A DNA stretch of 64,000 nucleotides. It comes from Thermoanaerobaculia bacterium (GTDB lineage Bacteria > Acidobacteriota > Thermoanaerobaculia > Multivoradales > UBA5704). The notes beneath the pieces are model-generated. The model had not been told where the DNA came from and searched no databases. It saw only the letters and a list, made by a program, of their open reading frames with translations. The DNA is taken from the NCBI GenBank assembly GCA_035995205.1, contig DASYKS010000002.1:51026-115025 (forward strand), written 5' to 3'. The position numbers and the translations under genes are program-made. Shown here piece by piece: positions 18,969 to 28,723 of the stretch (position 1 is its first letter; each line of letters begins with the position of its first letter).

Positions 18969-21900
18969 TCAGGGCGTCACGTTCACCGAGACCACCGCGC
19001 CGGGATCGTCGATGAATTCCACGCACTCGTGGACCATCTGAAGCCGGAAATTGTAAGGCCCCGGTGTGGTCGGCGCTATGCCGTTGATCTGCAAGGTCGC
19101 CTGCTGCCCGGAGATGAGACTCGAAGCGAGATCGACTCGAACCGGATTCCAAGCCGGGCTTCCGATCTGCGCGAGGCGGTACGCATCGCACTGTGGCCCG
19201 ATCGGGCTCCAGGTGAGGTTGCCGTCATTTTTGACCGTTACGGACGCCGAATAGGGCTGCCCGGCCGCCATGGTAGCCGGTACGTTCTGAGCCACGATCT
19301 GCGCATGCTTCCCACCGACTCGGACCGTGACAGCCGGGCTTGAGGAGCCGAAGAATTCGACGCATTCGTGGACCATTCGCAATTGGAAGATGTAGGTCCC
19401 GGGCGTCGAAGGCGCGATCACCGCAAAGGTCAGGGTCGCCTGAGCGCCGGGTGCGACAGAGGCGGGGAGCTCGGCGCGGATCGGGTTCCAAGCCGCATTG
19501 CCGACTTGGGCGAGCCGATAGGCGTTGCATTGCGGTCCGATCGGATTCCAGGTGATTGTGCCGGTGTTCTTGACCGTCACGTTCGCGAAGTACTGCCGGC
19601 TGGGGGCCATGCTCGTGGGGACGAACAGACTCAGGAATTGCGCGTTCTTCGTAGCAGCCTGGACGTCGACGATGACGCTCGGGCTTGAGGAGCCGAAGAA
19701 CTCGACGCATTCGTGGACCATTTGCAGTTGGAAGGTATGGGGCCCGGTGGTCGAAGGCGCGATCACCACGAAGCTCAGGGTCGCCTGCCCGCCGGAGTCG
19801 ACGGGGGCGGAGAAATCGACGCGAATCGGACTCCAGGCCGCATCGCCGACCTGGGCGAGCCGATAGGCGTTGCATTGCTGTCCGATTGGATTCCAGGCGA
19901 TGCCCCCGGTGTTCTTGACCGTCACGCTCACGGTGTACGGCTGGCCGGAGACCATGCTTGTGGGCACGCTCAGGTTGAGGAACTGCACGTTCTTCGTGGT
20001 GTCGAGGCAGGTGCTGGGCGCGGCGTGGCAGGCTTCGTTGCCGTTCGGATGGGCGACGACCTGGTAAAAGTAGGTCGAGCTCTCGGCGACCGAGCTGTCG
20101 GTGAACGACGATGTCGCAACGTTGTCCGCGATCTTTGCGAAGCCCGCGTTGCAACCAACCTCGTTGCGGAAGACGTCGTAGACCGTTCCAGCCCCCGAGG
20201 GGGTCCAGGACAGGCCGACCTGGTTCGTGCCGTCGGCCAGCGTCAGCGCAGGCACCGCCGGCTGGGAACAACCCCGGAAACAGGTGTTGGCCTCCGGGTC
20301 GGTCGTGCAGGCGATGCCGTGGCGACTGAACGCCGCGAACAGGTTGCATGAATGAGGCGTGCCGTTTGCCAGGTTGCCATCGTCGTCGTCGACCGCCCGC
20401 ATCGTCTTCCACCAGGAGCCGACGTTGCAGCCATTCGAAGTGTAGGTCGGGCCGGTGACGCAAGTGAACGCGCTCGCCGAGGTCGGCCGAGACAGGTACC
20501 AGAGCCGTTCGAGCACGTTCCAGGCGGCCGCTCCGCCCGGGCTGGGCAGGTCGCGGTTGGCGAAATCCCAGACCGCCTCGGTGGGCACGTGGCCCTCGCA
20601 GTGGGCCTCGCCGGCACAGGGGCCGTTGTGGGTGGTGCTGGACAGGCAGAACTGCTGGGTGAAGTTGGCGACCGTATGCGGCGCACCCGAGACGTGCTTG
20701 CCCCAGTCGATGTCGCGCAGCCCCGTGCAGGCGGTGCAGGGGTCGCCGTAGGCGTTGCAGTTGCCGAGCCGGAACCCGGGTCCGACGCAGGAGTTGTGAA
20801 GCGTGAGAGCGGCGACCACGTCGGCGTAGGCCTCGCTGCTCGAGTTGTTCAATCCGTTGCCGTCGTTCTGGTCGAGCCCGTGGCCGTATTCGTGAAGAAT
20901 GAAGCCCGGCTCCTCGCCGCTCGCGCCGCAGTTGCCCCCGACCGCGCGATAGAGCGTAATCCCGTCGCCGTTCCAAAAGCCGTTGCAGGTACCTGTGTTG
21001 TTGACCGAGACGGTAAACTGGCCGTTGAGCCAGGCATTGCCCGGCAACCAGCCGAGGGCGATTTCCTTGCCGCGGTTGACATTGTAGAAGCTGGTGCGCG
21101 AAGAGCGCGTGTTGCCCGCGCCGCCGACTCCCGGCGTGGTGCAATTGTTGCCCGCCGCCGAACCGAACGGCAAGTTGCCCGATGGGTTGGTGGTGAGCGA
21201 GATCGGGCCGCAGGTGTCGGTGATTCGGACGCGCTGCCCATTCAGCGTCGAGGTGAGCGGCGTGCCGCCGTACGTGTAGAGGCCGGCCGAATTCGTGAAC
21301 AGCCCGCCCCCGAGGTCGGCGAAGGGCATGGGGCGGAGTGTCTCGGTGCCCGCCGCCAAGTCCGCCGCCACTCCGCCCGTCGCTTGGGCGTCGAGGTCGG
21401 TGTCGATGAATTCCACGACTTCGCCGGTCGTGGCATCGATGCGCCCGCGCCAGGTGCCGAGGACTCCCTCCCGGCGAAAGGCGATCTCCCAAACCGTCGA
21501 CAGACCGTAGCCCTTGGCGAAATCGAATCCCTCGGGCAGGGCCACCGGCAGCAGGTGGAGCGAGCCGCGATCCAGAATCGTGTCGGCGAGCGGATCGAAG
21601 CCACCAACGTAGGAAGCGAGCGCGGCGTAGGCGGACTCACGGCTGACCTTGACCTCCGGGGCCGCGGCGTCGGACGGTGGCAGTAGCTCGCTGCCCATCT
21701 GGATCAAGTTGCCATGGCCGACGCGGAAGACGATGCGGGCGCCTTCGACGGTCAAGCCGCCGCGCACCAAGTCGAAATCGACCAGCCAGAGCGAGTCGGA
21801 GGCTTTTCCCGAGCGCCCCGGAGAGAGCCGCAGCTCCCGTGCCTTGACCCCGAAGAGCGCCGTATGGTCGGCGACGAACCTGCGCGCGATGGATTCGAGC

Positions 21901-22292
21901 ACGGCCAGGTTGGGCTCCTGGTGGGCGTCGAGCGGTACCGCAAGATCTTCTGTCGTCAGCCGGTTGCCCGCACCGGGAATCCAGGGAATACCGGTGCCCT
22001 CGGCCGCTTCGATGCGGCTGTTTCGGGCGTCGACGTAGGCGGTCCAGTCGTCATGGTCAAGCAGGAGCTTTGCCCAGTCGTCTTCGACCCCGGGGGTGAG
22101 GTTGGCGCGGACGTCATCGAGCGGCTCGAGCGCCTCCCGCGGCTGGAGCCGTTCGTCGGTCCGCACCAGCGCCGCGAACGGACCTCCGAGATCGCGCGGC
22201 AACTGGGCGACGGCGGCGCTCAAGGGAACGAGCCCGGTCCATCCGATCAGCAGCAAGGGGAGGGTAAAAGAGGAACGATGTCGAGCTCTCAT
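18969..22292 (-). CDS. secreted multidomain zinc metalloprotease (gluzincin; FTP/PepSY-like propeptide, Cys-rich catalytic domain, FN3, 3 x NBR1-like Ig repeats)
   Basis: 1107 aa. It has a signal peptide. HEYGH lies at 20880-20894, followed 16 residues later by SEAYAD (HExxH...ExxxD). The FN3-like segment is LSWTPSGAGTVYDVFR...YFYQVVA. There are three C-terminal repeats of about 113 aa. Confidence 0.75.
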   Translation of the reverse strand: MRARHRSSFTLPLLLIGWTGLVPLSAAVAQLPRDLGGPFAALVRTDERLQPREALEPLDDVRANLTPGVEDDWAKLLLDHDDWTAYVDARNSRIEAAEGTGIPWIPGAGNRLTTEDLAVPLDAHQEPNLAVLESIARRFVADHTALFGVKARELRLSPGRSGKASDSLWLVDFDLVRGGLTVEGARIVFRVGHGNLIQMGSELLPPSDAAAPEVKVSRESAYAALASYVGGFDPLADTILDRGSLHLLPVALPEGFDFAKGYGLSTVWEIAFRREGVLGTWRGRIDATTGEVVEFIDTDLDAQATGGVAADLAAGTETLRPMPFADLGGGLFTNSAGLYTYGGTPLTSTLNGQRVRITDTCGPISLTTNPSGNLPFGSAAGNNCTTPGVGGAGNTRSSRTSFYNVNRGKEIALGWLPGNAWLNGQFTVSVNNTGTCNGFWNGDGITLYRAVGGNCGASGEEPGFILHEYGHGLDQNDGNGLNNSSSEAYADVVAALTLHNSCVGPGFRLGNCNAYGDPCTACTGLRDIDWGKHVSGAPHTVANFTQQFCLSSTTHNGPCAGEAHCEGHVPTEAVWDFANRDLPSPGGAAAWNVLERLWYLSRPTSASAFTCVTGPTYTSNGCNVGSWWKTMRAVDDDDGNLANGTPHSCNLFAAFSRHGIACTTDPEANTCFRGCSQPAVPALTLADGTNQVGLSWTPSGAGTVYDVFRNEVGCNAGFAKIADNVATSSFTDSSVAESSTYFYQVVAHPNGNEACHAAPSTCLDTTKNVQFLNLSVPTSMVSGQPYTVSVTVKNTGGIAWNPIGQQCNAYRLAQVGDAAWSPIRVDFSAPVDSGGQATLSFVVIAPSTTGPHTFQLQMVHECVEFFGSSSPSVIVDVQAATKNAQFLSLFVPTSMAPSRQYFANVTVKNTGTITWNPIGPQCNAYRLAQVGNAAWNPIRAELPASVAPGAQATLTFAVIAPSTPGTYIFQLRMVHECVEFFGSSSPAVTVRVGGKHAQIVAQNVPATMAAGQPYSASVTVKNDGNLTWSPIGPQCDAYRLAQIGSPAWNPVRVDLASSLISGQQATLQINGIAPTTPGPYNFRLQMVHECVEFIDDPGAVVSVNVTP
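18972..19994 (-). repeat. three tandem intragenic repeats of 339-345 bp, each encoding an NBR1-like Ig domain
   Basis: Units are 18972-19310, 19311-19649 and 19650-19994. Each ends in ...FQLxMVHECVEF and begins K(N/H)xQ(F/I). The DNA-level similarity is obvious, for example the recurring GACGCATTCGTGGACCAT. Confidence 0.85.
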
Positions 22293-22425
22293 GGAAATCC
22301 TCCGTCGTGGTCCAGCGCGCCGCCCCGGCGCTCGGCATAGAACAATAGCGTTTCCCGACCTTGACGGAAGAGACTCAATTTCTTGGAGAAGGTGTGGGTC
22401 TCAAGGTCGGGCTACGATGGGGAAA

Positions 22426-22453
22426 CGCCCGCCGCGAAGCTTTTCGGCGGGCG
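22426..22453 (-). terminator. 9-bp GC stem hairpin downstream of protease paralog 2
   Basis: CGCCCGCCG-cgaagctttt-CGGCGGGCG. On the minus strand it is followed by TTTCCCC, which is only a short U-tract. Confidence 0.45.
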
Positions 22454-22520
22454 TCGATCGAACCAGTCGATCGAACCGTTTGGGCCGGACGCGCCCGGCA
22501 AGCCGGGTCGGTTCGCCCCC

Positions 22521-25500
22521 TCAGGGCGACACGTTGACCGCGACGACCGGTCCGGATTCGCCGAAGTACTCCACGCACTCGTGGACCATCTGGACCTGGA
22601 AGTTGTAGGTCCCCGGCGTTGCCGGCGCGATGCCGTTGATCGCGATCGTCGCCTGCTGGCCGGCGGCGAGCGCCGAGGGGAGCTCGGCCCGGACGGGAGC
22701 CCAGGCCGAGGCGCCGATCTGGGCGAGGCGATAGGCGTTGCACTGCGGCCCGATCGGGCTCCAGGCGAGGGTGCCGACGTTCTTGACCGTCACGGTCGCC
22801 GAATAGGGTTGCCCGGCCGTCATGCTCGCCGGCACGCTTTGGGACACGATCTGCGCCTGCTTCGAAGCGCCTGCGACGGTGATCGAAATGCTCGGGCTCG
22901 CGGCGCCGAAGAACTCGACGCATTCGTGGACCATCCGCAATTGAAAGGTGTAGGTCCCGGCGGCGGTCGGCGCGGTCACCGTGAAACTCAACGTCGCCTC
23001 CTCGCCGGAGAGAACCGCGGCGGAAAAATCGACGCGCGACGGGCTCCAGCCCGCGTTGCCGATCTGCGCCAGCCGAAAGGCGTTGCACTGTGCTCCGATC
23101 GGATTCCAGGCGACGCCGCCTATGTTCTTGACCGTCACGGTCACGGAGTATTGCTGGCCGCCGGCCATGCTCTTGGGGATGCTCTGCCGGATGAATTGCG
23201 CGTTCTTCGTGTTGCCCACGCAGACGCTCGGCGCGGAGTGGCAAGCCTCGTTGCCGTTCGGATGGGCGACCACCTGGTAGTAATAGGATGTGCCGTCGGC
23301 GACCGCTCCGTCGGCGAACGAGGTGGTCGCCAGGTCGTCCGCGATCTTGGCGAAGCCCGCGTTGCAGCCGGTCTCGTTGCGGAACACCTCGTAGACCACG
23401 CCGGCGCCCGAGTTGGGCCATGAGACCGTGGTAGTGCTGTCGCCGTCGGTGAGATTGATCGAGGGCGGCGCGGGCTGGGTGCAGCCGCGGAAACAGGTGT
23501 TGGCTCCCGGGTCGGAAGCGCAGGCGATGCCGTGGCGATCGAAGGCCGCGAACAGTTGGCAGGAATGGGGGGTGCCGTTGGCCAGATTGCCGTCGTCGTC
23601 GTCCATCGCGCGCATCGTCTTCCACCAGGAGCCGACGTTGCAGCCGTTCGAGGTGTAGGTCGGGCCGGTGGTGTTGCAGGTGAAGGCGGCGGTCGAGGTC
23701 GGGCGCGACAGGTACCAGAGCCGTTCGAGCACGTTCCAAGCGGCGCTGCCGCCGGGGGCGGGCAGATCGCGGTTGGCGAAATCCCAGACCGCCTCGGTCG
23801 GCACGTGGGATTCGCAGTGGGGCTCGCCGCCGCAGGGGCCGCTGCCGCCGGTTCCGCAGTGGGTCTGCGTGTAGTTGGCGACGGTGTGCGGAGCCGCCGA
23901 AGTGTGGCGCGCCCAGTCGATGTCGCGCAGGCCCGTGCAGGCCGTGCAGGGGTCGCCGTAGGAGTCGCAATTGGCGGCGCGGAATCCCGGGGCGACGCAC
24001 GAGTTGTGGAGGGTGAGCGCGGCGGTCACGTCGGCATAGGCCTCGGTGGTCGAAGCGTCGAGGCCGTTGCCGTCGTTTTGGTCCACGCCATGGCCGAATT
24101 CATGAAGGATGAACCCCGGCTCTTCGCCGCTCGCGCCGCAGGCGCCCTGGACCGCGCCGTAGAGCAGGATGCGGCTGCCATTCCAGTATCCGTTGCAAGC
24201 GCCGACGTTGTTGACCGAGACGACCAGCTGGCTGTTGAGCCAGGTGTTGCCCGGCAGCCAGCCGCGGACCATGTCCTTGCCGCGGTTGACATGGTAGAAG
24301 CTGGTGCGCGCGGCGCGGGTGTTGCCGCCCCCTCCGAAGCCGGGCGTCTCGCAGTTGCCCGCCGAGGTGGAGCCGAACGGCAGGTCGCCCGCGGTGTTGG
24401 AAGTGAGCGAGATCCCGCCGCAGAAATCGCCGACGCCGACGAACAGTCCGTTGAACGTCGAGGTGACCGGCGTGCCGCTGTAGCTGTACATGCCGGCCGA
24501 ATTCGTGCTCTGGCCCCCGCCGAGATCGGTGAAAGGCATCGGACGGAGGATTTCCGCCCCGGAGTCCGAATCGGCGGCGACCCCGCCGGTCGCTCCCGCA
24601 TCGAGGTTGGTGTCGAGGAACTCGACGATTTCGCCGGTCGTGGCGTCCACCCGCCCCCGCCAGGTGCCGGAAACCCCCTTGCGGCGAAACGAAAGCTCCC
24701 AGACGGTTTCCAGGCCGTAGCCCTGGGCGAAGTCGAAGCCCTCGGCGAACCTCGCGTCGGCGGCGGCGACCGGCAGCAGGCGGAGCGTGCCGCGATCGAC
24801 CAGCCGGTCGACGGCCGGATCGAACCCGCCGACGTAGTCGGAGAGCTTGGCGTAGGCCTCCTTGCGGGTCACCTTGACCTGCGGTGCCGGGAGGCCGGGC
24901 GACGGCAGCCGCTCGCTGCCCATCTGGATCAGGTTGCCGTGGCCGACGCGGAAGACGATTCGCGCGCCTTCGACCGCGAGGTCGCCGCGAACGACGTCGA
25001 AATCGACCAGCCAGAGCGCATCGGAGGCCGGACCCGAACGCCCCGAGGCGAGCCGAAGGTCTTTGCCGTCGGTGCCGAAAAGGGCCGGATGAGCGGCGAG
25101 GAATTTCCGCGCGATGCGTTCGAGAACGGACAGGTCGGGAGCGGCTTTTCCTTCGAGAAGGCCTACCAGGTCGGCGCTGCGCAGGCGGTTTCCCGCGCCG
25201 GGAATCCACGGAATTCCCGCTCCTTCGGCCGACTCGACGCGGCCGTTTCGCGCATCGAGGTGGGCGTTCCAATCCTCGTGATCGAGCTGAAAAGCGTTCC
25301 AGGCGCCATCGAGATTGCCGACCAGCTGAGAACGGTGATTTTCGAGCGGTACGAGCGCTTCTCGGGGCTGGAATCGATCGTCGGAACGTACGAGCGCCGA
25401 GAAGGGGTTTTCGGAAATACGCGGCGGTGTTTGGGAGAGCGCTACGCCTGAAGGTACGAGCCCGATCAGTCCGATCACGACCGGGCGAGCCATGGAAAGA

Positions 25501-25526
25501 GGGTGGGAACCGAGCCGGAATCGCAT
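22521..25526 (-). CDS. secreted multidomain zinc metalloprotease, paralog of 18969..22292 (2 NBR1-like repeats)
   Basis: Start chosen at MRFRLGSHPLSMARPVVIGLIGLVPSGVALSQ (ATG at 25526) by alignment with the paralog N-terminus. It has HEFGHGVDQNDG...TEAYADV and is collinear with the paralog throughout. The C-terminal repeats are 22524-22862 and 22863-23207. Confidence 0.75.
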   Translation of the reverse strand: MRFRLGSHPLSMARPVVIGLIGLVPSGVALSQTPPRISENPFSALVRSDDRFQPREALVPLENHRSQLVGNLDGAWNAFQLDHEDWNAHLDARNGRVESAEGAGIPWIPGAGNRLRSADLVGLLEGKAAPDLSVLERIARKFLAAHPALFGTDGKDLRLASGRSGPASDALWLVDFDVVRGDLAVEGARIVFRVGHGNLIQMGSERLPSPGLPAPQVKVTRKEAYAKLSDYVGGFDPAVDRLVDRGTLRLLPVAAADARFAEGFDFAQGYGLETVWELSFRRKGVSGTWRGRVDATTGEIVEFLDTNLDAGATGGVAADSDSGAEILRPMPFTDLGGGQSTNSAGMYSYSGTPVTSTFNGLFVGVGDFCGGISLTSNTAGDLPFGSTSAGNCETPGFGGGGNTRAARTSFYHVNRGKDMVRGWLPGNTWLNSQLVVSVNNVGACNGYWNGSRILLYGAVQGACGASGEEPGFILHEFGHGVDQNDGNGLDASTTEAYADVTAALTLHNSCVAPGFRAANCDSYGDPCTACTGLRDIDWARHTSAAPHTVANYTQTHCGTGGSGPCGGEPHCESHVPTEAVWDFANRDLPAPGGSAAWNVLERLWYLSRPTSTAAFTCNTTGPTYTSNGCNVGSWWKTMRAMDDDDGNLANGTPHSCQLFAAFDRHGIACASDPGANTCFRGCTQPAPPSINLTDGDSTTTVSWPNSGAGVVYEVFRNETGCNAGFAKIADDLATTSFADGAVADGTSYYYQVVAHPNGNEACHSAPSVCVGNTKNAQFIRQSIPKSMAGGQQYSVTVTVKNIGGVAWNPIGAQCNAFRLAQIGNAGWSPSRVDFSAAVLSGEEATLSFTVTAPTAAGTYTFQLRMVHECVEFFGAASPSISITVAGASKQAQIVSQSVPASMTAGQPYSATVTVKNVGTLAWSPIGPQCNAYRLAQIGASAWAPVRAELPSALAAGQQATIAINGIAPATPGTYNFQVQMVHECVEYFGESGPVVAVNVSP

Positions 25527-25733
25527 GAGTCTCTCCAGTGGTGTCCGGTGTGCTTGACCGGAGGGCCGGTCGTGACAAGGGACCCCAAGTGCAAGAGAAA
25601 GACCAATCTCGAGATCGGCTTTGCGCCCGGAAAGGCGTCTCCGGAATAGAGGCGTCGGCAAAAAATGCCGCCGCAGCATGAGAGGCGGGCGAGCTTCTGC
25701 CGCGGTAGTGTGCGAGCGATCGACGGGAGGGTT

Positions 25734-27368
25734 TTAGCCCGATCCCGAATGCGGAGTGGCCACTCCATCCGCCACGACCACCCGGTCTCGCCCTTCCTGC
25801 TTCGCCCGGTAGAGCGCGCGGTCGGCGGTGGCCACGAGATGCGCGGGCGAGGGCTCGCCCGACGGAATCACGCTAGCCACACCCACCGAGAGGGTCACCA
25901 CCGGCTTGACCGTCGAGCTCGGATGGTCGATCGCGAGCCCGGCGAGCCGTTCCCGGGCCTGCTCGGCGAGCCGCGCCGCGCTCGCGGTATCGGTGCCGCT
26001 CAAGATCACCAGGAACTCCTCGCCGCCGTAGCGGGCGACCAGGTCGCCCGCGCGCTGCACCGAGTCGCGCAGGACGCCGGCGATCCGTTGCAGGCAGCGG
26101 TCGCCCGCGATGTGGCCGAGGCTGTCGTTGTAGGCCTTGAAGCAGTCGACGTCGCACAGGAGCAGCGACAGCGGCTGCCCGGCCCGCGCGAGCCGGCGCC
26201 ATTCGAGGTCGAGCGCCTCTTCCAGACGGCGGCGGTTCGCGACCCCGGTGAGCGGATCGATTTGCGACATCTGCTGGAGCGTGCGGTTCGCGCTCTGGAG
26301 GTGCCGGTTGGCCTCTTCGAGCTGGCTCTTGGTGACCGAGATCTGCTCGTTCAAAAGCGCCATCTCGATCGCCCCGGCCACCTGGTCCGCGACCAGATCG
26401 AGCAGGCGCAGGTTCTCGACCGAGAAGACCTCCAGGTCGTCGTTCTCCAGGTTGAAGGCGCCGAGGGTGCGGTCGCCGAAGCGGATCGGTGAGACGTACT
26501 CGGCCTTGACGTCGGGCGAGACCGCCCGATAGTCGGGATCCGCCGCGACGTCGCGCACCAGTTGGGGCCGGCCGAGGCGGGTCGCGCGCCCGACGATGCC
26601 GGCGTCGATCGCCCAGGTCTCGCGGTCCGAGACGTCGATCGGCGTTCGCGTCGCCACCGCGTGGTACGACCACTCGACCTCGGACACCGCGGCGACCACG
26701 ATGTCGACCAGCAGGATATCGAAGCGGCGCTGGATGTAGGTCGCGATGCGGTGAAGGATGGTGCGCAGGTCGGCGCCGCCGAGGGCGGCGCGCGAGACTT
26801 CGGTCAGCACCTCGAAATGGAGCGCGCGCTGGCGGGTCGCCTCGTAGAGCCGCGCGCTCGCGATCGCGCCGGAAATCTGGTCGGCGATCGCCTCGACGGT
26901 CGGCCGATGGTGGGAAAACGCGGCTCGCCGCGGGCTCTCCAGGTTGAGCACGGCGACCACTTCGCCGCGGTGGCGGATGGGGGCGCACAGCTCCGAGCGG
27001 GTCCCCGGGAAGACCTCGATGAAGTCGGGGTGATCCTGGGAATCGTCGATCACCAGGGTGCGGCCGGTTGCCGCGACCTCGCCGACCACCCCGCTGCCGT
27101 ACGGCCGGCCGTAGCCTGGCCGGACGTCGGTTTGAACCGAGGTGGTGAGCGCCTCGCAAACGAAGCGTCGGCGCTCGACGTCGAGGCTGATCAGGGCGAC
27201 CAGCTCCCAGCCGAACGCCGCAGCGAGCGCGTCGGTAATCCGTTGGAGCATCGGCCGCAGCTCCAAGTCCTCGGTCGCGATCCGGGCGATCTCGGCGAGC
27301 GCCACCCGCTCGCGGTCACTCGCCGCGGGAGGAGGAACGCCCCGCCGTCTGGCCCGTTTTTCCGGCAT
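25734..27368 (-). CDS. GAF-domain sensor diguanylate cyclase (GGDEF)
   Basis: The C-terminus carries DPLTGVANRRRLEE...LLLCDVDCFKAYNDSLGHIAGD...ARYGGEEFLVIL, with two GAF-like domains upstream. The start is either 27368 (MPEKRARRRG) or 27494. Confidence 0.85.
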   Translation of the reverse strand: MPEKRARRRGVPPPAASDRERVALAEIARIATEDLELRPMLQRITDALAAAFGWELVALISLDVERRRFVCEALTTSVQTDVRPGYGRPYGSGVVGEVAATGRTLVIDDSQDHPDFIEVFPGTRSELCAPIRHRGEVVAVLNLESPRRAAFSHHRPTVEAIADQISGAIASARLYEATRQRALHFEVLTEVSRAALGGADLRTILHRIATYIQRRFDILLVDIVVAAVSEVEWSYHAVATRTPIDVSDRETWAIDAGIVGRATRLGRPQLVRDVAADPDYRAVSPDVKAEYVSPIRFGDRTLGAFNLENDDLEVFSVENLRLLDLVADQVAGAIEMALLNEQISVTKSQLEEANRHLQSANRTLQQMSQIDPLTGVANRRRLEEALDLEWRRLARAGQPLSLLLCDVDCFKAYNDSLGHIAGDRCLQRIAGVLRDSVQRAGDLVARYGGEEFLVILSGTDTASAARLAEQARERLAGLAIDHPSSTVKPVVTLSVGVASVIPSGEPSPAHLVATADRALYRAKQEGRDRVVVADGVATPHSGSG

Positions 27369-27554
27369 GCGGGCGATCTTACCCGGGGCGGAAGCCGAAG
27401 AGGAGCGTTCTTTGCCGGCACCGAAACGAAACGCCCGTCGCGAGCGGCTAAGGCGGCGCGCTGCATGGGAACGCCTTACCCAGACCTCTGCCATACTTTC
27501 GACACTCGTTCGTTTCGGCCCGATACCCTGAGATTCCGCCCCGAAAGGACCGCC

Positions 27555-28721
27555 ATGAGCCCCACCGAACCCGCAACCTCTCCCGGCTCCGCCGGATCAG
27601 AACGTTGGTACGACCTTGGGCCGGTCGAAGAATTGCGCGCCAAGCCGCTGCAGCAGATCGTGATCGGCCGGACCAAGATCGCTCTGTCGTTCGTTGGCGG
27701 CGCCTTCGGAGCGGTTTCCGGGGCCTGCAATCACGTCGGCGGACCGCTCGGCGAAGGGCACCTGGATGGCGAGTACGTCGTCTGCCCATGGCACCACTGG
27801 AAGTTCCACCGCACGACCGGCGAGGGGGAACCTGGCTTCGAGGAGGACCGCGTGCCGCGCTTCTCGTTGCGCGAAGAGGACGGTCACCTGTGGGTCGATC
27901 TGCAACCCGCGACGCGACGGCAGAAGGCGCCGCACGAGCCGCACCGCCTAGCCCGCAAGGTCGAGCGAGAGATGGGGCCGATCCGCGTGCTCGGGATCGC
28001 CACGACCGTGATGGACAACGCGTTTCCGCGTTATTCGACCTCGGACGAGCTGCTCGAGACCGCGTTGGCGCACGCCGGAGCGCATGGCGCTGTCACCCGG
28101 CTGATCCGCCTGCGCGAGTTGGAATTCCGCGCCTGCGAGGGGTACTACTCGAAGAGCTCCCACGCCTGCACCTGGCCCTGCTCGATCACCCAGATGGACC
28201 CTGAAGACCAACTCGACCAGGTCTACGAGGGGCTCGTCCATTGGGCCGACGTGGTGCTGGTCTCGACCCCGATCCGCTGGGGCTCGGCCAGCTCGCTCTA
28301 TTACAAAATGGTCGAGCGGATGAACTGCGTTCAAAACCAGGTCACCCTGTCGAACCGGGTCCTGCTGCGCAACAAGGTCGCGGGGTTCATCATCACCGGC
28401 GGCCAGGACAACATCCAGGCGGTCGCCGGCCAGATGCTCGGTTTCTTCGCCGAGATCGGCTGCGTCTTCCCCCAGTTTCCCTACATCGCCCACTCGCGCG
28501 GCTGGACCGCCGAGGACATGGAAAAGAACGTCGCGTTCGTCAAAAAAAGCACAGAGCTGCACGACGCCGCCCGCGAGCTGGCCGAGCGTTCGCTCGCGAT
28601 GGCCGAAGCCCTGGTCACCCACACGATCGAAGGGGAGCACCTCGTGCGCGCCGGACGCAAAGGATTCTCCCGCGAGGGAATCGAAGCCCCCGCGGCGATC
28701 GCGGCGGAGGCGGAGAGCTGA
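27555..28721 (+). CDS. Rieske [2Fe-2S] domain fused to a flavodoxin-like NADPH-dependent FMN reductase / iron-sulfur flavoprotein domain
   Basis: 388 aa from the ATG at 27555. The Rieske motifs are CNHVGGPL and CPWHHWKF. The second half reads RVLGIATTVMDNAFPRYSTSDEL...VLVSTPIRWGSASSLYYKMVERM...GFIITGGQDN, which is the FMN_red pattern. Confidence 0.7.
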   Translation: MSPTEPATSPGSAGSERWYDLGPVEELRAKPLQQIVIGRTKIALSFVGGAFGAVSGACNHVGGPLGEGHLDGEYVVCPWHHWKFHRTTGEGEPGFEEDRVPRFSLREEDGHLWVDLQPATRRQKAPHEPHRLARKVEREMGPIRVLGIATTVMDNAFPRYSTSDELLETALAHAGAHGAVTRLIRLRELEFRACEGYYSKSSHACTWPCSITQMDPEDQLDQVYEGLVHWADVVLVSTPIRWGSASSLYYKMVERMNCVQNQVTLSNRVLLRNKVAGFIITGGQDNIQAVAGQMLGFFAEIGCVFPQFPYIAHSRGWTAEDMEKNVAFVKKSTELHDAARELAERSLAMAEALVTHTIEGEHLVRAGRKGFSREGIEAPAAIAAEAES

Positions 28722-28723
28722 CG

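Noticed and set aside
19225-25578. Several long alternate-frame or antisense ORFs over the two protease genes (for example 19225..21492, 20352..21686, 22375..24000, 23532..25451, 24100..25578)
   Set aside because: Arg/Pro/Gly-rich and without motifs. The chosen frames are mutually homologous over more than 1000 aa and contain HExxH.
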